Of a DNA stretch of 64,000 nucleotides, positions 11,957 to 22,990 are shown one piece after another. A program made the translations under genes and the position numbers. The stretch is taken from assembly GCF_006345805.1 (NCBI RefSeq), contig NC_043011.1, forward strand, positions 25,804,464-25,868,463. The letters are read 5' to 3'. This stretch comes from Octopus sinensis. Lineage: Eukaryota. Within the stretch, counting starts at the first letter, position 1. Each line of letters starts with the position of its first letter. Below the pieces are notes generated by a model that was given only the letters and a program-made list of their open reading frames with translations, was not told the origin of the DNA and ran no database searches.

Positions 11957-12118
11957 ACTTATTTAAAAGCAGCAGAAAATCAACAAAAGCTGTTACTCGG
12001 AGTTTCCGAGTAACAACTTTTGTTGAATTTCTGCTGCTTTTAAATAAGTATATTACTCTACCCCTGGTATTGAGTACTCTTTTTCACTTTGTTTCACATT
12101 TATGTGTTTACTCCGGTA
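11957..12118. mobile_element. Foldback repeat (about 45-bp arms, 3-nt loop) with a longer right arm
   Basis: acttatttaaaagcagcagaaaatcaacaaaagctgttactcgga-gtt-tccgagtaacaacttttgttgaatttctgctgcttttaaataagt. The right arm continues to about 12118 and ends at (TA)n. Confidence 0.85.
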
Positions 12119-12711
12119 TATATATATATATATATGTTACAAGGATGAGTAAAACTTTTGAACTTTTTATCTTACTCCAGAAACGGCTGTAGAATGGACT
12201 TCCTCTAATAAGGGGACTTTATTCTTAATTATTAATCCGTAAGTGTAAATTTTTGATCTGTTCTAGTAATGTAGTTATTTGCTCATCTCTTTCGTATGCT
12301 CTCACCATATCTACAACATATCTAAAACCTATTTTTACGTTCTTTCAATTTATATTTTTATTTATATACTTATATGTTATGCTTTATATATATAGATTTA
12401 CATTGATCTGTATTAATACGTATTAATGTATATGTATTTTTAAAAATATTAAAAAATGTTACGGCTATGTGTTTACCGTTTGGGAATTTGCAGATTGATC
12501 TAAATTTTGTTTCTGAGTTTACCTCCTCAATTATCGTTCGTCTCGGGCTCGTTCCGAGACACTTCTCAGTTACAACTGAAATAAAGGTTCAATAGTACGT
12601 ATGTATGTATGTATGTATGTATGTATGTATGTATGTATGTATGTAGTATGTATGTATGTATGTATGTATGTATGTATGTATGCATGCATGTATGTATGTA
12701 CGTACGTGTAA

Positions 12712-12828
<117 letters not shown>

Positions 12829-12844
12829 ATATATATAGATGAAG

Positions 12845-13020
12845 ACGAGTGTGTAAACAAACAGATGTATTAGTTTAACGCTCGGGAAGTGAGAAAGTCT
12901 TTTATGTTTTGAGCCTATGCTCTTCGACAGAAAAGAACACAAATAAACAGGGAGAGAAAATTAAAAAAAAGTTTAGTGGCTAGCGATCTATCATGGCGAA
13001 TGCCGGACAGAGCGATCACA
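12845..13020 (-). mobile_element. PLE-like terminal repeat family P1, copy 2 (decayed hammerhead)
   Basis: Same blocks as copy 3. The minus strand reads CUUUU-CUGUCGA-AGAGCAUAGGCUC-AAAAC-AUA-AAAG, so GAAAC and GUA are lost through G>A changes at CpG sites. Confidence 0.7.
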
Positions 13021-13024
13021 CATA

Positions 13025-13282
13025 CATTCATGTTACTCCAGTCTACGCATCCAGCAAAAATGAGTAATCCTGCTACGGACCGGCTTCCCGTTCAGAATGG
13101 GGAACATATGTGCGACAGAATCTGTGAAACCGGTCTTACGAGTCTATGGCCCGGGAAGTACCTTTGATATATCCCCCGCCATCCTGGATTGACGTCCTGT
13201 CCATGGCAGTGGATATATGCACCACGGAAACCAACCAGGAAATCGGCCCTATGTCTGTATGACTCAGGAAGGATCTTTATCT
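13025..13282 (+). mobile_element. Degenerate SINE remnant
   Basis: The ttactccagtc.ac.cagc.....aaaaatgagt block is shared with SINE family D, followed by a cctgctacggaccggcttcccgttcag block and a gactcaggaaggatctttatc tail. Confidence 0.45.
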
Positions 13283-13292
13283 TATATATATA

Positions 13293-13696
13293 CTAGCAGT
13301 ATCGCCCGGCGTTGCTCGGGTTTGTAAGGGAAATAACTGTATAAGCATTTTTAGAGATGTAAAGTATAATAGCCATCTCAATATGGCTAACCACAAAGGG
13401 GTGGGTGGGTGGTGTTACTGTAGCTTTTTACGTTTGTGAGATTAAATAATACATTTTTAGAGAGTTACTTCCCTTATATATGCCAAAAATGTATTAAAAA
13501 TGGGAAAAAATGATGGTAAATTTTTTTTAAATCGTAGACTCATCGTAGACGCGCGCTAGTACCCAGAAGGGCTCGATATGAATCACGACTATAAGATACC
13601 CGCTTTTGGTTAAACTGCACCGCAAAATGTGGGAGTAGTTAGGAATCTAAATCGTAGGAGACAGACACCACACAACCTCACTTTTATATATATAGA
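13293..13696 (-). mobile_element. Non-autonomous Helitron, copy 1
   Basis: On the minus strand the 5' end is A|TCTATATATATAAAA and the 3' end is the hairpin cccgagcaacgccggg followed by CTAG|T. Homologous to 56449-56962. Confidence 0.85.
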
Positions 13697-13704
13697 TATA
13701 TCTT

Positions 13705-13957
13705 TTTTTCCTTGTTTCAGTTATTTGACTGTGGCCATTCTGGGGTACCGCCTTGAAGGATTTGGGTCAAACAAATCGAGCCTTAGTACTTATTTTTAAA
13801 GCCTTGTACTTATTCTATCGGTGCTAAATTAAGGGGACATAAACATACCAAGAAATATATATATATATATTATATATAACATATATATATATATATAATA
13901 TATATATATCTACATATATATATATATATAATATATATATATATATATTATATATAT

Positions 13958-14002
<45 letters not shown>

Positions 14003-14238
14003 ATATATACATACATACTTACACACACACACACATACACACACACACACACCACACACACACATACACACACACATACATATACGGCAGGTTTGTTCAA
14101 GTTTCCGTCAACCAAATCCACTCACAAGGCTTTGGTCGGCTCGAGGCTATAATAGAAAACACTTGCCAAAAATGCCACACAGTGTGACTGAACCCGGAAC
14201 CATGTAGTTGAGAAGCAAGGTTCTTACCACACAGCCAC
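13705..14238 (-). mobile_element. SINE family A copy with expanded internal microsatellite
   Basis: Tail at 13705-13850, (TA)n/(CA)n tract, head at 14085-14238. Confidence 0.8.
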
Positions 14239-14562
14239 AATATATATATATATATTATATATACACACACACACACACATACATGTGTGTACGCGCGTAC
14301 GTGTCTGATGCCTATGTCATATGCACACCAATAACTCGATTAATGCCATTTTTGAGTTCCATTTTTCTTTTGTTGGCTATCAGAAGCTTCGCTATTAGTG
14401 GAAGGTAAAGCCTACATCTTTTGTATGAACATATGTTCTATTAATAATTGAAATAAGTATACAATGCTCCGATAGAATGTTCTTTGAACAAAATTATACG
14501 TGATTCACTAACTAAACATGTGCGAACTTCCTATAGTTTCTGTAACTAGTAGAAATACGAAA

Positions 14563-14823
14563 CATGGCTGTGTGGTAAAGAAGCTAGCTTTACAATCACG
14601 TAGCTTCAGGTTTAGTCCCACTGCACGGTACCTTGAGCAAGTATCCTCTACTCTATCCTCGAGCCGACCAATGCGCTGTGAGTGGATTTGGTAGACAGAA
14701 ACTGTGTGGAAGCCCATGATGTATGCGTGTGTGTGTTTGTGTCGATTTGATCGACTAAAACCCTTCAAGGCGGTGTCTCAGGATAACCACAATCCAATGA
14801 CCGAAACAAGTGAAAGATAAAAG
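14563..14823 (+). mobile_element. SINE family A copy, internally deleted
   Basis: The head atggctgtgtggtaaagaagc...gtggatttggtagacagaaactg is joined to a shortened tail ending gaccgaaacaagtgaaagataaaag. Confidence 0.75.
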
Positions 14824-14839
14824 AAAAAATGAAGACATT

Positions 14840-15500
14840 GTCGTTAGATGCTTAGTTGATAGAAATGGCACGAAGCATCAATAGCTTAGCCTTCTTCTTA
14901 CAAACTCCCCGTAACAATTCCATAAAACACGATATATGGGGTTGGCTTTCGTTGCTTCAAAACATCTGAATAATAAACAAAGAATGACTAGAATTTCAAT
15001 TCTTTCATTGCACTATACTCTTGTTTATTTTTGCCTCTTTTGAGAGGTAAACGTTTCCAAAAATAAGCTGCATTTGTCTTAACTATATGTTAGGTTTGTG
15101 TGGATGTTTAATTCACCCTTCTTAATTGTTCAGGAAACTACGATCTTCTATGGATGTCAGTACTTTCTAATTGTTATAGCCGAAGACTATAGATATTAGA
15201 TAATTTCTTAAACTTTTCCAACCAACCGTAAGAAGCATCAAAAATTTGGATGACTCTTTTCAGTTTCTTATTGTTTCAACTTATTCAATAAAGTTTGCGT
15301 CCTTTTGCTTGATAAGGACTGTGGGGAATAGCAAACCTTACCCTGATATATCATTCACTCCAACACCTAAGATTATTTCCATATTCTCCATGATTTTACT
15401 GCGGGTGAGTTTGAGTTACAAGCAAACATTGCGCTCACTTAAATTTCACATGGAAACATTTTGCTTGTCAGATTGTTTCATTATGGCTTTGAAGTTGTCG
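14840..15500 (-). pseudogene. Degraded Tigger/pogo-like transposase
   Basis: Broken minus-strand frames give LIKQK, FDASYGWLEKFKK (CENP-B HTH signature FxASxGWLxxFK), AAYFWKRLP (DETGLFWKxMP-like) and FEATK...NCYGEF. Confidence 0.65.
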
Positions 15501-15890
15501 CTGGAAATTCTACAGATTCGGCAACAACACTTTTCTTTTCCCCTCTTTCAAGTATACATATAATATTTAGTCAGATATCAAATGATGTTGGTTCACACTT
15601 ATACGACATGCTGAGATAACTAGAGTACCGAATTAATTTTTTAAAAAGAAATGACTGAATATTAAAAAAATACGATTTTATTGTACAAATGGTGCAACGC
15701 AAAGAAAACCTGGGCAGCAAAAATGAATTAAACTCGACTGATTGATTGCCATTGTGTGCACGGAAAAAACAAAAACAAAAAACGAAATGATACCTCATAG
15801 GAACACGACTAAGCATCGAGGAAGACTTTCTTATTTTTATACATTTTTGGGTGTTAAACTTTTGTTTATTAAACTAATTCAATCAACAGC

Positions 15891-16480
15891 ATAGTGTTTG
15901 GAGTAATCACTAGTGATGGCGATATTATGCCTCCATTCATCTTCCCACATAGCCTCAGACTTTAACACAGAGGCCTACATCGAGGGCCTGGAGGAGGTAG
16001 TGCTGCCCTGGATCAAGAGGGTGGCTGCTGGAAGACCCTACATCTTGCAACAGGACTCTGCACCATGCTACACAAGCAGGAGAACCCACTCATAGCTGTC
16101 AGACAATTTCTGCGCCTACAATACCACTAACATCTGGTCACTCAATTCTCCAGTCTGTAATCCCCTTGATATTTAGGTGCAGGATGCAGTTGAGCGAAAG
16201 ACCAACAAAACTCCTTGTAACACCAAAGATGAACTGAAGGTAAGGATTATGGCAGCATTCACCAACTTAAACAAAAAGATCAACCATAAGGGTTGCAAGA
16301 GATTTCGAAGTCGTCTGGAAGCCGTGGTTGAAGCTAATGACGATTTTATTGAATAAATTTACTCAATAGAATTTCAAGATATTTTAATGTAATTTTGGTA
16401 AATATATCTGTTAAAATGAGATGTCAGTGTTATTTTCATTTTTGCGTAATTTAGACGACAGTTTATTCACCTCACCCTGC
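15891..16480 (+). mobile_element. maT (DD37D) transposon 3' fragment
   Basis: Reads EVVLPWIKRVAAGRPYILQQDSAPC...NSPVCNPLD with exactly 37 residues between the 2nd and 3rd Asp. Continues RFRSRLEAVVEANDDFIE* and ends in a TIR-like caccctg before a TA-rich tract. Confidence 0.85.
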
Positions 16481-16497
16481 ATACATATATATATATG

Positions 16498-16534
<37 letters not shown>

Positions 16535-17005
16535 TTTTTAAGGCGTTATATTCTGAATTTTAGTTTGAAACTTCTAAATAATAAAATTAATTGAAAAGGA
16601 ACATTAAGATGCTAAACTCATTTATTTTTATTGTCGTCAATAAATAATAAAAAAAAAGATATTAATTATAATTGTTCATACGTATTATTTTTAATTAGCA
16701 ATGATTTCAAATTATTTAATGGGGTCACCTAAAGAACATTATTTGTTCATCGAACCCTCGTTTGCGATGTGGCTTGCAGAAGCAGGATAACTAATGTAAT
16801 TCGCTGAATAACTGAAAAATCAACAACAAAATGTATTTCCAGGACAATGGAATGGTAATATGGTTTGTGAAAATGAACAATCTCAAGAATAAAGTTATTA
16901 AAAAATGAAGCAAATTCTTTCGTTTATCCTTTCGACAAATTAATTCCAGTCTTATGTAGAACTAAAGTTATACAAATTTAAATTGTGCGACTGCTTTATA
17001 ACAAC

Positions 17006-17037
<32 letters not shown>

Positions 17038-17797
17038 TGTATGTATGTATGTATGTATGTATGTATGTATGTATGTATGCATGCTGTATGTATGTATGTA
17101 TGTATGTATGTATGTATGTATGTATGTATGTATGCATGGTGTATGTATGTATGTATGTATGTATGTATGTATGTATATGTGTTTGTATTTATGTATATCA
17201 TACACATCCAAACACACGCATAAGCACATGTGTATGTATATTAATGTTTATTGCTCTGTCAAGTTATATATATATATACAGTTACATTCATACACACACA
17301 CGCGCGCGCGCGCGCACGCACACACACACGCACATATATTAATGGGGGAGGCAGGTTCATGGGATTACCGTGGGTTTCCCGTCCACAAAGGGTTTAGTTT
17401 TATGGTGTATAGTCAGACCCCAGCCGATACATACAGACATACATGCATATATATATAATATATATGTGTATATATATATATATAAATTCAAGAGAGAGTC
17501 AGGTACTTAAATGATAAAGCACAGGGTCGGGTCAAAAAACGAGGAAATCGTGTTTACTACGAAATCAGCGGGACAAATATCTACATAGCGAAGTACAGAT
17601 ATCATTTTTCCAGTTGTCTATACAATTAACTGCATCCGACTGAGTATATCATGAGTCTCAGGGCTGTATTTAGGAATACACACTGCATCAATTGTACTGT
17701 ACTTAACAGAATCCTGATCCACGCTAGTAGCAGGTTCCGAGTAAGGTGAATAATAATCAATAACCATCCGTTGTGATATATATATATATATATATAT

Positions 17798-19052
17798 ATA
17801 GACATCCCATAAGTTCTGTCTGAATTCTGAATAAAGAAACCAAGTGATCAAATGTTATATTTAATTGAAATTTAATCATCAATGTACTTTCCCTGATTAT
17901 CTATGATTTCCTTCCATCTATTTACAAGCTTTTTAATCCCATCAATGTAAAACTCCATTGGTTTCAAAGTGAAGAACTCTTAAATGTCAGTTTCGACCTC
18001 CTCCTGGCTTGCGAAAGTTATGTCCCCCAAATGATTCTGTAAACTACGAAAGAAATGGTAGTCTGAAGGAACAAGGCCGGGAGAGTAAGGTGGATGAGGA
18101 ATTTTTTCCCAACCAAGCTCTTCGATCTTCTGTGATGTGATATTTGCAGTGTGGGGTCGCGTATTGGCCTGATGAAACAACACTCCTTTTCGATTCACTA
18201 AAGCGGGTCCTTTTTCTTCCTCAATGCTTGGTTCAAACGTTCTAATTGCTGACAGTAGACTTGAGCATTGATTGTTGCATTAGGTGGTAACAATTCAAAG
18301 TGAATTACTCCTTTGCAATCCCACCAAATCGGTTGTGGTTGAGCTTTTTCCCTTTCACCAAGCCACTGTTTACGACGTTTAACATTTCGATAGAAGATCC
18401 ATTTTCCGTCACCAGTCACAAGTCTATCCAAAAAGGGTGAAATGAATTCGCGAGAATGGAGAGAAGAGCTAATGTCAACTCGCGATTGGCGGTTGCTTTC
18501 GGACAATTCATGACGCACCCATTTTCCAAGTTTAGGAACATTTCCAAGTTGTTGAAGATGACGATGAACAGTTGTATGGTTTGAACTAAGCTTTATTGTC
18601 AATTCTTCAACTGATAATGCAGGATTTTCTTCAAGTAATGCCTCAAGGAGCTTACCATCAAACTCAACTGGACGTCCTGTTCGATCTTCATCTTCAAGGC
18701 TGAAATCTGCACTTCTGAATTTTGCAAACCATCTTCTGCAAGTTCTTTCATTCAAGCATTCTTTCTCATAAACTAAGTGTGTATTTCAAGTCGCTTCGGT
18801 TGCAGATTTTCCTTTCTTTTATTCATAAAGCATTATGTGCTTCGAATGCTCTTTGGATACTTCCATGTTAGAAAGGGTTTTAATCAAAGAAATTTTAATT
18901 CTATTACTTTGCAAAATAATGTTTAATTAGTTTAAATGTACACAAATGCATAAAAATAGTTTTTAATACCATTAGACATTCTAAAATACTATTAAATTTC
19001 ATTCAATTTTAAGAAAGGTAAAATCGGACAGAACGTATGGGATGACCTGATA
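17798..19052 (-). mobile_element. Full-length but mutated mariner (Hsmar1/Mos1-like)
   Basis: TIRs are gacatcccataagttctgtctga and tcggacagaacgtatgggatgacc, in (TA)n flanks. The transposase starts at ATG 18866 and contains WVRHEL, VTGDGKW, HQANTRPH and YSPGLVPSDY, with stops and frameshifts. Confidence 0.92.
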
Positions 19053-19241
19053 TATAATATATATATAATATATATATATAATATATAATATATAATTTAT
19101 ATAATATATATATATCAATTTAAGATTAACTGAAAGATTACTCATTACTTTTTAGATTTTTAGAAGATTATGTGTTTTATTAAACTTTTGCAAGTAGTGT
19201 GACAGTGATTTCGTGGTTATGGTTTGCTAGCCTTCGTTATA

Positions 19242-19290
<49 letters not shown>

Positions 19291-19495
19291 CATGCGTGTT
19301 TGTGTGTGTGTGTGTGTGTGTGTGCGTGTGTGTGTATGTGTGTATTTATATATATATATCTTTGTATATATGTATATGAAACATATGTAGTCTTGTTGCC
19401 AAGTTTGCGGCAGAGCACCATATCGGAACAATTGAAATTTCCGCGTGACATCATTCAGGACATGGTCATATTTTGAGAAAGGGTGCAGTGATAGT

Positions 19496-19567
<72 letters not shown>

Positions 19568-19597
19568 ACACACTCACACTCACACACACGCACACAC

Positions 19598-19646
<49 letters not shown>

Positions 19647-19984
19647 AACACACACACACACACACACACACAACACACACACACAAACACGTGCACATCA
19701 CTAGTTTACAATTGCTTGGGTAAATTTTCTTATTTATATTGGTTTGACAGCTGTCTAACTTTTACTTAAGTGGGTGAAAGCATTTTAATATTTTGAAACA
19801 TTCATAAAAGTTAAAGCAAGATTAGACATACGTGGATAACAATGAACAACAACAAAGAAAAAAAAAAGAATCAATTTTAGTTCGTAAGTATTAAATCTTT
19901 TTAGATGTCTTGTACGGGAGGTAACTTTGGAGTTATTTCCCTCCTATGGGAGTTCATCAGCGGATATATACCTTCCACTTTTTA

Positions 19985-20175
19985 TTGTAACAATTTATAA
20001 TTCATGATTTATATTTTAGAATTTTATTGTTTAACAATTTAGAAGTCAATAATTTATAGTTTCACAATTTGTAGTTTCTACTGTAACAGTTTGTATTGAA
20101 CAATTTAAAGTTTCACAATTTATAGTTAACAATTTATACTTGTAACGATTGTTAACTCATAGTTAAACAATTGTC
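19985..20175. repeat. Degenerate minisatellite of (A/C)ACAATTT motifs
   Basis: About ten irregularly spaced aacaattt or cacaattt units. Confidence 0.6.
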
Positions 20176-20464
20176 GTACTTACTGGTGGTAGATTGGCCT
20201 ATAACTAGATTACATAACTACAGCTGTAAAATTTTCCAGGTTATTAGCATCATTTTTTATAGATAAAAACATTTTTGTTATATTTACATTGATAAGGGCG
20301 ACAAGTTGATAGAGTACTGGACAAAAATTATTGCACTACTTAGTTACCGTTCTTTACGTTCTCAGCTCTAAATCTCCTGCAGCTAAGTCGACTTCACATA
20401 TTTAAACTCTCCCACCCTTCAAGTAGTATTTCGTGTCACTCTCTTGCAGAGTGACACAAAGTTC

Positions 20465-20615
20465 TTTGGTAAGAAAACGTCTAGCCTATGCGGAGTACTT
20501 ACTTCAGGACAATGGAATGGAAAATGTTGACAAATTGAGAACATGCATAAGGGATCGTGATGGATGGCGTGCTCGCGTGAAATCATTGAAACGTCCGCGA
20601 GGACGGTCGAACTAA
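20465..20615 (+). mobile_element. RTE-clade LINE extreme 3' fragment
   Basis: RKRLAYAEYLLQDNG...LRTCIRDRDGWRARV resembles the RTE C-terminal DR-x2-WR motif. Confidence 0.55.
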
Positions 20616-20741
20616 AATTTCTTTTGCACCTCTCTCAGTGCAGCCATTTCCTTTCATTTTCCCTTTCATAACTGGAAGAGGACATCATCAAACAAATACG
20701 AGACATATGATTTGGTATTAATGTTGATATAAAACACTTAC

Positions 20742-20878
20742 TTCGTAAGCACTCTTCTCTGGGTCAACTCGAGCGCCAATTTTATCCAAAAATAAAAGTA
20801 TCAGTAGAAATCCGACAAATCCCAGTACAATATAGGCACCCATCAATTTGTAGAGGAGGTCTGGCTCTTCGTTATGTT
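20742..20878 (-). CDS. Internal coding exon of a multipass membrane protein, UNC93-like MFS family
   Basis: Acceptor tttattgtttcag|, donor GAA|gtaagt, 137 nt, phase 1 to phase 0. It encodes xHNEEPDLLYKLMGAYIVLGFVGFLLILLFLDKIGARVDPEKSAYE. This resembles the P-x3-LxYxLxGxY...LFLD helix ending the N-terminal half of UNC93A-like proteins (recalled, not searched). Confidence 0.7.
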
Positions 20879-21464
20879 CTGAAACAATAAACAATAACAT
20901 TAGACATAGTTTTAAATTATTACTACATGATTTGTAGCAGGCAGAATACATTGTTTCATTAATTCATATAACAATTCATAATGAATCCGAGGAAGCTATT
21001 GGATGTTATACAAGCACTCAACCCCGAGTGCACTGCTTCGTATCGCAGAAGCAGCAGTAAGCTAATGAAGGTGATAAGATAACTCTTGTTCTTTTGTCAT
21101 TCATTAACTCATATTACGGTCTATAATCACCTGATGGCTTACTTGAAACCGTAAGCATATTAGGTTATAAAAATTGGTTATTAATATCTCTATGTCGAAA
21201 TAATCCTTTCTACTATAGGCACAAGGCCGAAATAATAATCTCTCTCTCACTGTCTGTCTTTCTGTCTTTCTCTCTTTCTCGCTCTCTCTCTCTCCCCATC
21301 TCTCTCACTATGTATACTACATACATACATGCAAACAACATACATACAACTAAATATTATATATGATATATTATATATATATATATATATAATATATATA
21401 TTATTATATATATATATAATAAAATATATATGTATATATATATATACATACATAAATATATATG

Positions 21465-21521
<57 letters not shown>

Positions 21522-21537
21522 CACGTATATCTATCTT

Positions 21538-21591
<54 letters not shown>

Positions 21592-22587
21592 AATATATAT
21601 ATATACATGTTCACACACGCGTGCACAAAATAGTGGACTTACACAAGACAAAAGCAGTGTTGTTTGAAATATTAAGTATCACTAATAAAGGTAACAAGTA
21701 AGATATTGAAACGTTACCTTAAAAATATTTGATTGTTTTTAATATTTTGAGTAAAATATCCGCCGAAAAAAGTTTTCCGAGAGCAAGCGAGAAGTATGTC
21801 TGTTAGGTCGATTTATAATAGATACCAGTCGTTATAACTAACAACATTCCTTCCCAAATATTTATGAATTGTTTCTATGCGTATTCTAGAAATCTTTATT
21901 CTTGAAATCGGTATACTGTCGACTGAATTGTTTTGCGGTGTTTGGTTACGTTATGTTCTGAGTTCTAATCCAGGCAGAGTCGATCGGTATCAATAAAGCA
22001 AATGCCAGCCAATCACGTACACATGTTTGTGCGTGTGTTTACATGTATGAGTCTTTAATAGTCTGTTTGTCTGCCAGTTTGCTTTCCTTGCCTCTGTTTC
22101 AATTTTGCTTTCCTTATTGCCCTCGCTACACTCACTCTATTTAATTCACGCGTTTTTTTTTCATTCTTAAAAGAGAGAGAGAAGACGAAATAGAAGTAAA
22201 AGAAGGAGGAGGAGGAGGAGGAGGAGGAGGAGGAGAAAGCCAACAACAACAAATTGACGATGTTCCAGCCAAGCAATGATTGAGACTAACATAGGAAGCT
22301 GACCGTTTTAAGGTCGGACATTTTGTGAGAACAACTTCCGTTATAGAAGTCAGACAAAACGTAATAATAGTGGATATATCAATTACATCAGATACAAGAA
22401 CAAGAATCATAGCATACACAAGCACACGCAAATACACATACACAAGCATACGCAAATAGACACACACAAGCACACGCAAATACACACACACAAACATGCT
22501 CACACGCGCATACACATACATGCGTAAGTACATACATGCATACATACATACATACATACATACATACATAATACATACATACATACA

Positions 22588-22990
22588 TAAGACTACAGAC
22601 CCAATCCATCACTGGAACTGTAAAAATCTGTAAAACTTTGCAGATGTTTATCATTTAAATATATATAAACATGTCTAGATATGCAACTATGTGCATGAGA
22701 ATACATACATAAAACATACAAAAATGTACGTATACATACATACATGCATACAAACAAAAATACCCTATTATTGATGTTGAAATTCCGATGAAGGAGTCTT
22801 GAATCTAGGTTAGAAACGGCCCTATACATACATAAAACATACAAATCTGTACGTATACATATATACATGCATACAAACAAAAATATCCTATTATTGATGT
22901 TGAAATTCCGATGAAGGAGTCTTGAATCTAGGTTAGAAACGGCCCTTTCTCTATTGGCAAGAAATCTTGAAATAAAACTGAACATACATA
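22588..22990 (+). mobile_element. Dispersed repeat family P3 with an internal 123-bp tandem duplication
   Basis: The 5' part is the reverse complement of 57915-58014. The unit containing ccgatgaagg...gaaacggccc occurs at 22785 and again at 22908. Confidence 0.75.

Noticed and set aside
17618-17851. ORF MVIDYYSPYSEPATSVDQ...
   Set aside because: It starts in a (TA)n/mariner end, and has no convincing acceptor or recognisable homology.
20179-20222. About 40-nt minus-strand segment with AG/GTAAGT boundaries
   Set aside because: It has stop codons in all three frames.
22215-22290. SQSLLGWNIVNLLLL resembling the UNC93 QSSQIWGNLISS motif
   Set aside because: The W/G order is wrong, it runs into a (TCC)n microsatellite, and there is no donor site.
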